Of a DNA stretch of 64,000 nt, positions 1-13,318 are shown piece by piece (position 1 is the first letter of the stretch; each line of letters opens with the position of its first letter). The stretch comes from Octopus vulgaris (lineage: Eukaryota): NCBI GenBank assembly GCA_951406725.2, contig OX597821.1, positions 110,732,001-110,796,000 of the forward strand, given 5' to 3'. A model generated the notes under the pieces. It ran no database searches. It worked only from the letters and a program-made list of their open reading frames with translations, and was not told where the DNA came from. The position numbers were made by a program, and so were the translations under genes.

Positions 1-341
1 AAAATTGATTGGTTTTAATGCTACTCGCTTTTATAACTCTTTCGTTCTTTATTTCCATTCCCTCACCATTCCCTTCGATAATTTTGCAGGTATCACTTAA
101 AAGTTTGCATTATAGAAACTAAAGCAAGAGGTGGTAATCTTATTCCGTCAACGTGGAATACTATTCAGTTCGTATGTGTGTTTATATTCTTTTATTCTGT
201 TATTCTTGTACCGGACTCAGTCATTGGACTTGCAGCCATATTGGAAAAGTGTCTTGAAGTGTTTAGTCAAATAAATTGATCCCAATGTTTGTTTGTCGTT
301 TTTCTTTCCTTTTTTTTTGTCTTTTATTGACGTGTACTATT

Positions 342-562
342 CACGAGTGTGTGGTGAAAAGTTCCTGGCTTTGAGTAAAAGAAAATACAGGAGGATCAGT
401 TAATTATGATTTTATTCAACATATTCCTCACTCAAATTCACAACTTGCTTCAGCGGGCCTTCAGATTTTCTGAGTCCTGATAAAAGAAATTGGAATGTTG
501 GACATTCAACCAGGCTTTTCGTGACACTCTTAAAGCCAAGAACTTTTCGGCAACCCTTTGTA
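342..562. mobile_element. Mariner/Tc1-type MITE (~220 bp) nested in a SINE tail
   Basis: Degenerate TIRs cacgagtgtgtggtgaaaagttcctggctttgag / cttaaagccaagaacttttcggcaaccctttgta. SINE tail sequence continues on both sides (~195-290, ~565-640). Confidence 0.7.
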
Positions 563-749
563 GTGTATCGGTTTCTTATGCTGAACTGGTAAGATACGGG
601 GTCATAAACAAACCAACACCGTTGTCAAGCGGTGCAGAGACAAACGCAAAGATACGCACGCACATGTGCACTTACTGTTTGAAAGATAATAATTTCATTA
701 TTGAAGAATGGACTGAACAACACAGAAAGAGTCACGTGGGATGGAAGGT

Positions 750-1167
750 AGATCTTTTCGGTTTGACCGGCAGTTTTTTCTAGCGGTGTCATATGAAATT
801 GTTACCCATAATTATGACCCTAGAATCGATCTATTGCATTTCAATCTGTTTTAGGGTTAGGGTTAGAGTTAGGGTTAGAGGTGGGGGGAAGGGTATCTTT
901 TTTTCTTCAGAAATGTAAATAAACCCAATCTGTTTCTTAAACGAGAGACATATTCATACAGCACAGAATGTTTTCACCTCAATAGACGTCATTGATTGGT
1001 TGAAATTGCAGAAAAAATAATAAATATCTTACAAACTATAGAATTTTCTCAATAAGGCCAAGAGAAAAAGATGTTTTATAAACACATTCTACCAGTATAC
1101 GAAGTTTAAAAGTGTTTAGTTACGTGGAAATTGTTTTAAAAAACTGCCGGTCAAACCGAAAAGATCC
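750..1167 (+). mobile_element. Merlin-like MITE copy 1 with internal TTAGGG repeats
   Basis: ~28-bp TIRs gatcttttcggtttgaccggcagttttt / aaaaactgccggtcaaaccgaaaagatcc; degenerate 8-bp TSD tggaaggt/tagagggt; (TTAGGG)-like tract at ~851-878. Confidence 0.85.
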
Positions 1168-1236
1168 TAGAGGGTCACTGAAGAGGTCAGAGGCTGTGTG
1201 CAGCAAGTGTACAACTGCAAAAAAGGATTATTATTA

Positions 1237-1425
1237 AGCGCGGCGAACTGGCAGAATCGTAAGAGCGTAGTGAAAAAAATACGCTTTACGGTATTTTTAT
1301 GTACTGAGTTCGAATCCCACCGAGGTTGACTTTGCTTTCATCTTGCTGAGATCGATGAAACTAAGCAGCGGTTTAATACTGCAGTTGACTAACTGTCCAC
1401 CCTTCAAAAATTTCTTAAATCAGAA
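1237..1425 (+). mobile_element. tRNA-derived SINE (family 1), degenerate
   Basis: A-box-like tggcagaatcg, B-box gagttcgaatcc, body gaggttgactttgctttcatc shared with many other copies in the window. Confidence 0.7.
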
Positions 1426-1702
1426 ATCATTACTTTTAATAATATATTATGAGAAGCATAATTATTGTTTCTTATTTAGGTCCAAAGCCTATAAATTTTT
1501 CGTGGAGGGAGCCAGTAGATGTTATAGCTCCCAGCACTTATTTGCGGCTTTATTTTCTCTGTCCCCGGGATGGAGGTGGGGGAATGGCGTAGGTGACCAC
1601 AGTGGGATACAAAAATCAGAATACGAAGAACAAATGCCGCACCGCATTTTGTACGAGCCGCTAGGGGGTAATGCGAATCTACTACAGCAAAATTATAACA
1701 AT

Positions 1703-1970
1703 GTGGGGAGGATGTGAAGAGAGTGTGGGAGGATGGGTTGGGCGGGAGGGGAGGAGAGGAGATTGGAGGAGGAGGAGAACGAGGAGGAAGAGGAGGAGGA
1801 GGAAGAGAAGAGGAGAAGGAGGGGAGAAAGTAGGAGGAAGAGAAGAGGAGAAGGAGGAGAGAAAGTAGGAGGAGGAGGAGGAGATTAGTGAAGATTGGAA
1901 GAGGTTGGAGGGGATTGGAGGAGGTTGGGGGAGATTGGAGGCGGATGAGATTGGAGGAAGAGAAGGAAAG
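1703..1970. repeat. GGA/GA-rich low-complexity tract
   Basis: Purine-rich degenerate repeats; explains the Pro/Ser/Arg-rich ORFs. Confidence 0.85.
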
Positions 1971-2100
1971 ATTTCGGCCATTTACGGTCGTTGTTAATAT
2001 ACATGTATACAATTATGTGCGTTGACTGCAGCATCAGAGCACTTTAGCTTTTATTTCTAGCATTGCAGGTGTTCTAACACCCTCTGTCATTTTTCATGAC

Positions 2101-2266
<166 letters not shown>

Positions 2267-2634
2267 ATGTATGTATATTCGTTTAGATATGTCAGGTCAC
2301 TTTCGAGTGCTACTGTTGCATGGTCGGGTCGTCGGCGACTAAACCGGCAACCCCACCAAGCTTGCTTAGTGAGGAGGGTGTTTATTGGACACCCAGCGGG
2401 ATGAAAAACAAAACCCGTCAAAGGGCGGAGGAACTCTTGAGAGTCAACGGCCATCCAATAAATGTCTTAAGGCTGTATCGTGCGCAGGGACATAGAAATA
2501 ATCGTACTGAATATCCGATCGCGCGGTTAAACCATTGGGAGTGAAGGACTCCTAGCCTTTGTTAGGGCATCCTACACACATACATACATGCATATACATA
2601 CACGTATACGAACAAACACATGTATATACATATA

Positions 2635-3003
2635 TGATGGTTGTCTACTCCTTATGCAGAGTTTGACCATCTACTGTACCTACATCTTAAAATCATCATG
2701 GCTTCTGATGTGGCTTCTGAAACCAGACAATGTTTTGAAAAGACAACCTCATAGATTGCATATCCGATTTGGACCACAAAGAGCTGCAGTTAAGTTCTGA
2801 TCTTCGTGGATCTTAAAATGTCTCTTGTGGTCTCCGTTAAATTTGCAAACCTTCTGCCATACATTGCATTGAATGGTGTGCACAGACATATAGGCCAAAT
2901 AGTTATTTGGTGGAGGTTCGTTTTCCATGGGTTCGCAAATGAGGTTTGAGTCCAGCAAAAGAAACGCATGGTCTGTCAAAAAATGTGCATACAAAAATGT
3001 CAT
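2635..3003 (-). pseudogene. 3' end of an RTE-like LINE with degenerate C2H2 zinc fingers
   Basis: Minus translation CNVWQKVCKFNGDHKRHFKIH ... LFKTLSGFRSHIRSH, then a short 3' UTR ending in a microsatellite. Confidence 0.5.
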
Positions 3004-3034
3004 TGTGATTCGCCTTCTCGATTACTCTCTTTAC

Positions 3035-3424
3035 TCTTTTTTACTCTTTTACTTGTTTCAGTCATTTGACTGCGGCCATGCTGGAGCACCGCCTTTAGTC
3101 GAGCAAATCGACCCCGGGACTCATTCTTTGTAAGCCCAGTACTTATTCTATCAGTCTCTTTTGCCGAACCGCTAAGTGACGGCGACGTAAACACACCAGC
3201 ATCGGTTGTCAGGCAATGCTAGGGGGACAAACACAGACACACAAACACACACACACATACATATATATACATATACATATATACGACAGGCTTCTTTCAG
3301 TTTCCGTCTACCAAATCCACTCACAAGGCATTGGTCGGCCCGGGGCTATAGCAGAAGACACTTGCCCAAGATGCCACGCAGTGGGACTGAACCCGGAACC
3401 ATGTGGTTGGTTAGCAAGCTACTT
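3035..3424 (-). mobile_element. tRNA SINE (family 2, internal microsatellite), 3' part; head continues at 5619-5660
   Basis: Matches copies at 24547 and 61333. Interrupted by the 2.2-kb insertion with duplicated target tggttagcaagctactt. Confidence 0.85.
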
Positions 3425-3597
3425 TATTTCAAAACATTTGCCATAAAGGCAGTACACAGATTAAGTTAGCTTTGCGGGCTGGACGAGGACATTAATGAGG
3501 TGAATGATAATGAAAGAAAGATGATAAGGATGGGAGAAGACAGAAAGCGCCCGCCGACTTTTGCTTCTCTAAAACATTGTTCTTTTTAAAAAGATTA

Positions 3598-3720
3598 ACA
3601 CAAAACGAGGTATTAAACCTCTTACAATTTTTCCAATTTTGGGCTTAGCAATCCATTATTAATACAAAACGAGGTATTAATCCTCTTACAATTTTTCAAT
3701 TTTTGGACTTAAGTCCATTA
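3598..3720. repeat. Two tandem ~63-bp units in the element 3' UTR
   Basis: acaaaacgaggtattaa(a/t)cctcttacaattttt occurs twice. Confidence 0.85.
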
Positions 3721-4967
3721 CTAATAATACATATCGTCCTCGAAATAGCTTGTGCCCGCGCCCTCCACCATCAACCACGCCTCCCTCAGAACGTAGTCAA
3801 GTTCCGAGTTCGCGTCGCCCGGGACCAAGTTATAGTCTTCATTGAGCTCCTTTAGCCCTAGCGTCACGTCGAACGCCACGGCCTCCACAGCTACCTGCGG
3901 AGGCCATTCGGGGTCCTGTGTGAAGGCTAAAGGTGCTCCCTTGTAGTGCTCTTCCATCACTTTTTCAATTTCTCCTCCTCTATAGAAGAGGACCAATACA
4001 TTCAGTTCTTTCGTTGGCGGCACAGTTTCCGCCAACGGTATTCCTTCTCTTGTCGGTGGCACAACCCCAACCGACGTAGTTCCGCGACATTCCGGTGCCA
4101 CACTGACAGCCGGCAACGTCCCGTTTTTCTTCCTCTTTTTCTTTTTTTTTCCCTTTTCAACTGAGGGAGGGTGCGTCTCCTCCGTAGCTGGAAGATTCGC
4201 CCTCCTCTCCTCATCCCTATTATCCTTTGGTGAGCACCCATTGTTGCTCACCTTCCTCTTTCGGCCTCTGCTTGAGGAGTCCTCTGCTTTCTCGGCCGTT
4301 ATCGTTCCCTCTTCTAGAGGGGTTTTACTTAACTGTTCCGGGATCCTATTTTGTTCCCGAGGACAGTTCTTCTTTATGTGGCCGGACTCCAAGCACCGAT
4401 GACACTTAGGGGGGCGACCCTCAAGCATCACCGGGTACCTGCACCCGGCCATTTTCAAAAAAATCTGGAAAAACCAGATTGGCTGATTGGGTCCACAGGG
4501 TCAAAACTGCTTTCGAGCCAACCCAAGCAGCCGCAGGAAGAACTTTTACATTGAGGAGCTTAGTTTCGCTGTCACCCAGACCCCGGCGGATAGTCTCCTC
4601 TATCCACTCGGGTTCTATGTCGGGTGGCAGTCCGCAGATCCAAGCTTTCATCAATTTCTTTTTTTTGTAAGTGGGCAGGAATAAGATTTCCTTACCCTCC
4701 AAGGGTTCGCTAGCAAATTTGCAAGCCTCTTCAGGGGTGTCAAACAGCAACCACACCGTTCCATATTTGACACCCCTGGAAATGAATTTAATTGTTGGCA
4801 AATACTCCTCCAACTCCTCCTCAATTGCCGTCTTTTTCGAATAGGGCGATGGTGTCAAGTGCCTTGGAGTAGGTTCTCAACACCACCGTCCTATCTTCAC
4901 GGTCCTTCAACCACTTTTTGGGTGGTATGATTTCCCACTCCAAAACTTTGTTATTTTTCATTGCCAT
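3721..4967 (-). pseudogene. Frameshifted ORF1/gag-like protein (RRM-like + CCHC knuckle)
   Basis: ORFs 4858-4421 and 4458-3721: VWLLFDTPEEA, AWICGLPPDI, LEGRPPKCHRCLESGHIKKNC (CX2CX4HX4C), basic tail. Probable start ATG at ~4967 needs further frameshifts. Confidence 0.75.
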
Positions 4968-5749
4968 GTTTTTTAAAAAATATATTCAAATTAGACTCAA
5001 AAGCAGGAAGAAAAAAGTTCAAAAGTCTAAATAAATTTGATAGATTTTTGAAAAAACAAAAAGGAGAAAGCACAACAGAAGGGAAGAAATTAACGGAAAG
5101 TCGCAATAAAGAAAAAACAAAAAGGGGGGGGTAAATGAAGTTCAAAAGAAAGTTAATAAACAGAAAAAACACAGCAAAAATATTCTGCGGTACTCCCGGC
5201 CTGGGTTGAACCTGGAACGCCGCAACTGCAACACAACCTCCACAAAAATGGGTCCGAAAGGTAATCCAATAGTGGCTTATTTTTATACTTTTCTTGCGAA
5301 GTACTCTGACAAGGGAATAAATTCAGCAAACTCAAACACAGCACTGGTTACTGCCAACGGTAATTTTAACAGTAAATGTATTGAATTTTTTTTTTTTTTT
5401 CAATGAACACAAAAACGGCAGCCGCCTAGCGCAGGCGAAATTGTCTCAGAGTTGGACACAATCTACTGAAATAATAATTGGCACGCAATAAATTATGCCC
5501 AACTCACAATAAACAAAATCACTTACCTCGACAACTTTCCGTTTTTGGTCTTTTTTTCTTTAGTTGGACTCACGTCCACTCTAGCTCAACAAGAAGCAAC
5601 CGACTAACTGCGCATGTCTGGTTAGCAAGCTACTTACCACACAGCCACTCCTGCACCGATTGTAACATTCTTCGTAAAATTTCTCTTGAGTCTTACACGC
5701 GTGTATCCTGGCCTCTTCAAACACTTTCACTCTACTCCACACTTTTTGG

Positions 5750-6830
<1,081 letters not shown>

Positions 6831-7214
6831 TCTTCATCGGTTAATTGCAAACATTGAAGGCACACAGGATCGTGTCGGATACGTCACTATAAGATATTTG
6901 ATAACATACGTCACCGTCCTCATATTTACCTTCATTCCTCTATTCCTACATTCTGTTGATTAAATATTCTTATTTGGTTTCAACCTGTTATCTGAATATT
7001 GAATTATTATCTTAGTGTTTACATAATATTTCAGTCAAATATTCTTGTTGTTTTCTTATTGTTTCTCGTCAAACGTCAAAATATGATATTTTTTTATTGT
7101 CTTTTGTATTGAGTTTCTGATAACCTTCCATTTTAATAACTTATCGCCGCCGTTGTCGTGACTTTCGAAAGCGATGTTATTATTGTTGTTCGTGTTGTTT
7201 TTATTGCTCTCCTT

Positions 7215-7935
7215 ATTGTTTAGCTCCAAGTCAGCCTTGACCGAGCAGATCCATTCTCGATTAAACTGATTCCGACCGGGACCTTCCTATCTTATTCATT
7301 TATGACTATATTACTTATGATTAAGACTATATTATCTACGTTTATACATTTATGACTATATTAATCTACGTTTTCAGTGAAGACTTGGCTATCATTTCTA
7401 GCAGGTTGAGAGACTCGGTAAAGGACCTTTTCTTGGTTCCACAATTGTTCTTCTTGTTGCTTAGCTCCTAGTCAGCCCCTGATCGAGCAGATCTATTCCC
7501 CACAAAACTGATTCCGACCGGGACCTTATCTTATTCATTTATGACTATATTATTTGTGTTCTTCGTTTTCAGTAAAGACTTGACTATCATTTCTTATTTC
7601 TTTATTGCCCACAAGAGGCTAAACATAGAGGGGACAAACAAGGACCGACAAACGGGTTAAGTCGATTATATCGACACCAGTGCGTAGCTGGTACTTATTT
7701 AATCGACCCCGAAAGGATGAAAAGCAAAGTCGACCTCGGCGGAATTTGAACTCAGAACGTAACGGCAGACGAAATATCGGTAGGCATTACGCCAGGCGTG
7801 CTAACGTTTCTGCCAGCTCGCCGCCTTCATTTCTAGCAGGTCGAAGGACTCGGTAAAGCATCTTTTCTTGGCTCCATAATTGTGGTTCCTTTCAAGGGAA
7901 ATTTGGCTATTATTTCTAGCCGGTCGAGAGACTAT
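7215..7935. repeat. Degenerate tandem ~240-bp repeats with a family-1 SINE inserted (7592-7826, minus)
   Basis: tagctcc(a/t)agtcagcc...gagcagatc...ccgaccgggacc at 7221 and 7462; SINE flanked by tcatttct duplication. Confidence 0.7.
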
Positions 7936-7946
7936 GATCTCTTGTT

Positions 7947-8047
7947 CGAGGCACCAAAACAAAATCGAAGCGTCCATCCCGTTTTTCACTCGATGTAGAA
8001 TCTACATAAAAACGGGATGGACGCTTCGATTTTGTTTTGGTGCCTCG
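7947..8047. repeat. Perfect 40-bp inverted repeat (foldback / mini-MITE)
   Basis: 7947-7986 is the exact reverse complement of 8008-8047. Confidence 0.9.
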
Positions 8048-8124
8048 CTCTCTTGTACACGACTATGAGGATTTGCATTCCCAAACTTATAATGTAATAC
8101 ATGTCCTTGGAATAGTAATTGTAC

Positions 8125-8212
8125 GCGGCTGAAGAAGGCTATTGACATACAAATTACATCAATTATGCATTGATATAAACCGTCTAATAAAAGCCAGAAA
8201 CATATGTACCGC
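8125..8212 (+). ncRNA. Type I hammerhead ribozyme motif
   Basis: gcgg-CTGAAGA-a-ggct...agcc-a-GAA-ACATATGT-A-ccgc: stem I gcgg/ccgc, palindromic stem III, GUA cleavage site. Confidence 0.75.
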
Positions 8213-8313
8213 TAAATCCTTTGCATCATGTTTTTATTTTGATAAATATACATATATATATATATACATATATATATATACATATGTATGTGTGTGTATG
8301 TGTGTGTGTGTGT

Positions 8314-8356
<43 letters not shown>

Positions 8357-8678
8357 TGTGTGTGTCCTCATACATATTTTAACGCCTTTTATAAACTTCA
8401 TTTTATAAAACTTCATTTCATAAGTGTTGCCCTCATGCCAAATAATAAGGCCGTATCATCATCATCGGCAACAGCGGCAGCAGCAACAACAGGAGAAAGT
8501 GGAAGAAAAGTAAAATAAGGAAGAGGAGGGGGAGAAAGGGGTGGTGGTGGTGCTGGAAAAGGAGGAGGATTACTATTTATAGCAAAGTTGGACGTTATGT
8601 AACTTTACAAGAGGAGGAGAAAATGATAACAACGGCGGATCTGTAGTATCCTTCAATGGCGACTTCTTGATCTTTATT

Positions 8679-8756
<78 letters not shown>

Positions 8757-9395
8757 TGTTGCTCTTGTGTTCCCACCCACCCCCGAAAAGCGAAAGCGAA
8801 AGTAGAAGTCGCTAAACATTATCGATTCAGCTCTGCTGCATCGTCTTCATCTCACCTTCGAAATCGTGAAAGGTCAAATCAGAGAACAGTGAGAAAAGAG
8901 CTTTGATACTCTGTTGACCTTCCGAATCGTGAAAGATCACATAAGTAAGCTTTTGATGAATTCATGTTCCAGAATCTGTCTTCGCTTCTTCCATTTCCTA
9001 TTGTTGTCTTTCTTTCGTTTTTGTTATTGTTTTTTTATTGCTTGTTGTTGTTATTGTTGGAAAATGTTTTTTTTATTTCATTTATCTGTTCATATATTTA
9101 TTCGTTAATGTATCGTTGTTATTTCTAGATTACCTACCTGAAATTGTTGACATCTTTCATTCGTAATGAATTTTTTGGCCTTTATTTTATTTATTTATAT
9201 ATCTATTTTTGCTTTGTTTTATTTTATTAATGCTTCATAGAAAACATCTGAGGATTGAGTTCGCTATTTGATTGGCATGAAACTTTGTGGTTAACTATCA
9301 TATCAAGAATAAATATCACATTTACTGTACGATTGATTTCCCTTTATATCATTTCTGTCGATCATTACTATACTTAGGCACGTACATATGTTAGT

Positions 9396-9685
9396 GGAGG
9401 CACATGGCCTAGTGGTTAGAGCAGCGGACTCGCTTTCGAGGGATCGCGGGTTCGAATCTCAGACAGGGTGATGTGTGTGTTTATGAGCGAAAACACCTAA
9501 GCTCCACGCGGCTCCGGCAGAAGGTAATGACGAACTTCTGCTGACTCTTTCGCCACAACTTTCTCTCACGCTTTCCTCCTGCATCTTGCAGCTCACCTGT
9601 GAAGGACGGCGTCCCGTCCAGGTGGGGAACCTATACGCCAAGAAACCTGGAAACTTATGAGCCAGGCATGGCTCGAGAAGGAACA
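9396..9685 (+). mobile_element. tRNA-derived SINE (family 3, V-domain-like)
   Basis: A-box tggcctagtgg, B-box ggttcgaatct, ggacggcgtcccgtccagg motif; related copies at 26945 and 43650. Confidence 0.85.
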
Positions 9686-10346
9686 TACATGTGTTACTCT
9701 GAAAAAGATTAAAATAAATGAAAAATCAGAAACGAACGAATTTATTTGATAAGCCAATACATATTTTGGTTTTCAGGTAAATTTGTTTTTCTTTTCCGTT
9801 TGGCACTCCATCGTTACATGTCTGAAAAGAGGTAAAATTTATTCAAATTTCAAACACGAATAATAAAAGATGTAAAGGAGGAACAGAGCTACAAAAATCA
9901 ATAGAAACTATGATGCGAATAGCTTCCTGTTAATTCAAATGACATTAGAGAAAAAGAAAACGAACGAATTTATCTGACAACCGAATACAATGAGCAAGGG
10001 AGATAAGTATCATAAGCTCAGATGATTGAAATTTTGTCTGGTTTGGGAACATTAGAAGCAGTACTGGTTGGTGTGGCCACTATTTCCTAATCTACTAATT
10101 ATTTATGTTATAATATCAGATGAACGGAGATTTTCAATTCATTATATTAGCCTACAATATTTGTATTTAGCATGCAGAACGCTGCTGTGTGGCAATTTTC
10201 TCTCAGCCGTATTATTAACGATGAGAATAATCAACGAGCTGAACACTTTCAATTACCAATGGACCTGATTAGGAATTATTGTGTTGGGAATAAGATTAAA
10301 TCGATAAATCCCTTCCTTAAAATACGTAACCATGTGGCAGCTACAA

Positions 10347-10900
<554 letters not shown>

Positions 10901-10902
10901 AT

Positions 10903-12502
10903 CACTTGCCGAGACACATCCAGCGTCCTAGGGCGGGTGATGGATAAGAGATGTTACAGTATGACTGAAAGGTTGGGGAGGGGATGTGGCAGGGGCAGTA
11001 GCGAAATATTTTCATGTAATACAACACAGATATTTAAATGGATAGGGTTTTTCTAAGGATGTGGGCAGTACAATCTTTTGGATTTCTCTGAGACATGTTT
11101 TTTCTGCGATATTATCGAGATGTTTCTGACATCCCTTTCTTATCATACCTAAGGCACCCATAATGACACGAACAGTTCTCGCTTTAAGATGCCACATCTT
11201 TTGTATTTCAATTTCCAAGTCCTTATATTTACCTAATTTGTCAAATTCCTTTACAGGTATATTTTTATCAGTGAGAACACTTACATCTATTAGTCTACAA
11301 GTATTTTCTTCTTTGTCTTTAATAATTATGTCTGGTATATTAGCCTGGATCGTTCTGTCAATGTTGACTAGAAAATCTCAGAGGATAGTGACATTTTTAC
11401 CTTCATTAATGACGTTTTACTTTCATTAGTGACATTTTTACCAACGACTGGCTCAGGGTGATGTTCATGCGAGTAAGCAGGAGTGTTGATTTTGTAGTGG
11501 TTACATATTTCTCATTGTAGTCACTGTCCTACCCTATCATGGCGATTTTTTTATTCGTTTGGTGTCAGTACAAGATATCCCGTGACGAGATGGTCTATTG
11601 TTTCGTCAAATGTGTTGCAGAATCTGCATTTAGGGTCAGAACCGTTTTGAAGAACGTTAGCCTAGTAGTTTTTTGTAAGCAAGCATTGATCTTGTGGCGC
11701 CTATATGAAACCTTCAGTCACTGCTTTCAGTCTTGAACTTCTAAGCCACTGATGGGTTTTTCCTTGGTTCATATCACCATTTCGACTTCGAAGTATACAG
11801 TGTCCATACAGAGGCTTCTGGTTCCACCGCTCCTCCATTTTTTTCGGCCCGTTCTTTTTTTTTTTTTTTGTAGTCTGTTTGATCAATTTTGCTTCTTCTG
11901 TGGCAGTGGTTTCAGGTTTTTTTTTATCTAATTCAGGGTTGATGCCAAATTCCCTCGCGAATTTGCAAGTTTCCTTGTGATTTTTTACTGCTTTCGTGTT
12001 TGTACACAAGCCAAAGCATCCATTCCTATGTACTAGTACCTGTTCATTGCTATTCTGGAGGCTTTGTAGCACAGTTCTACTTGCATCATTCCTCTTCCCC
12101 CATTAATTCTAGGTAGGTACAGACGATCAACATCTGCTTTTGGGTGGTGCATGTTCTTAGATATTAGTAGTTTCCTTGTCTACCTGTCCAGGCATTGGAG
12201 CTCTGTAAGACTCCAGTTGATGACGTAAAACTCTATTGCGATTTCTGGAATTGAGTTCAGTTTTTAGTATGAGTCTTATTCTCTTGTAATACTCCTGTCT
12301 TATTTTTCCTTTCATGGTAGCATGTCGTATGCCATCTTCCTCGTTTATCTCCAAGTATTCATAACTTTCTTGTTGGTCAATGCTCCTTGAAGGTAACGTC
12401 GGTATCTAATCTAATGAAAGCAGTTTGCTTGAGTTTGCCTCTTACAAAAGTTGCTCTCGCACATTTATCAAGGCCAAAATCCATCCCGATGTAATTTATT
12501 TT
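10903..12502 (-). mobile_element. Degenerate R4/Dong LINE 3' half (family C)
   Basis: Minus fragments IGMDFGLDKCA, KIRQEYYKRIRLILKTELN, THQWLRSSRLKAVTEGFI, EIEIQKMWHLK; bounded by (AAT)n. Confidence 0.9.
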
Positions 12503-12503
12503 T

Positions 12504-12574
<71 letters not shown>

Positions 12575-12594
12575 TATTATTATTATTATTATTA

Positions 12595-12670
<76 letters not shown>

Positions 12671-12710
12671 CATCATCATCATCATCATTATTATTATTAT
12701 TATTATTATT

Positions 12711-13264
12711 GAGTGAGAGAGCAGTTCATGCCATCAAAGTGACACTGGGGTAAAAGATACGAAGCCCAATATACCCATCATGACTACCCGTCTGATAAGG
12801 GTACACCAGGCACATGCATCACAACCATATGTGCGCGACATGGTGATCTCATATCAAGAGAAACAGCACATGACCTTGCAGGTGGGGCCCAGTTAGAATT
12901 TTCTTCAGGTTGAGTAGCCCATCCCGCTCAAAAGGTCCCTGAATAAGAGTTATTTAAGGATGTTGAAAGAACCACCCATGTTTCCATAGGTGAATTATTC
13001 AAACCCCAAAGAATACCTCTCAACACATGGCTATGATGCTCCCCCACTACTTCTGTTCGTGATCAGAGATGCACATATCGTCAGCCACTAAGGGACATGC
13101 TCAACTGGTTAAGGTCAAACAACTGACAAGCAAATCTGTGGTATTGAGCAGAATATTTGCTGTAGCCCATCTTTTATACCAAGACAAAACAATGTACATG
13201 ATAACACTTCCAATCAGTTAAGATCAGAAGCCATGAGAGCCACTTCCTGGTAGTGCATCAGGGC

Positions 13265-13268
<4 letters not shown>
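12711..13268 (-). mobile_element. ~555-bp non-coding element inserted in (AAT)n, copy 1
   Basis: Closely similar to 50061-50619 and 55331-55648; AAT tracts on both sides. Confidence 0.85.

Positions 13269-13314
<46 letters not shown>

Positions 13315-13318
<4 letters not shown>

Larger units (their letters stand above)
3425..5618 (-). mobile_element. ORF1-only non-LTR retroelement (HAL1-like, L1/Tx1-related)
   Basis: 17-bp TSD at 3408-3424 and 5619-5635; AATAAA at the 3' end; gag-like ORF only, no RT. Confidence 0.75.

Noticed and set aside
851-878. True telomere or chromosome fusion site
   Set aside because: Only a few units, and they are internal to a multi-copy MITE.
2680-2870. Host C2H2 zinc-finger gene
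   Set aside because: The fingers are degenerate, lack TGEKP linkers, contain a stop and end in a LINE-like tail.
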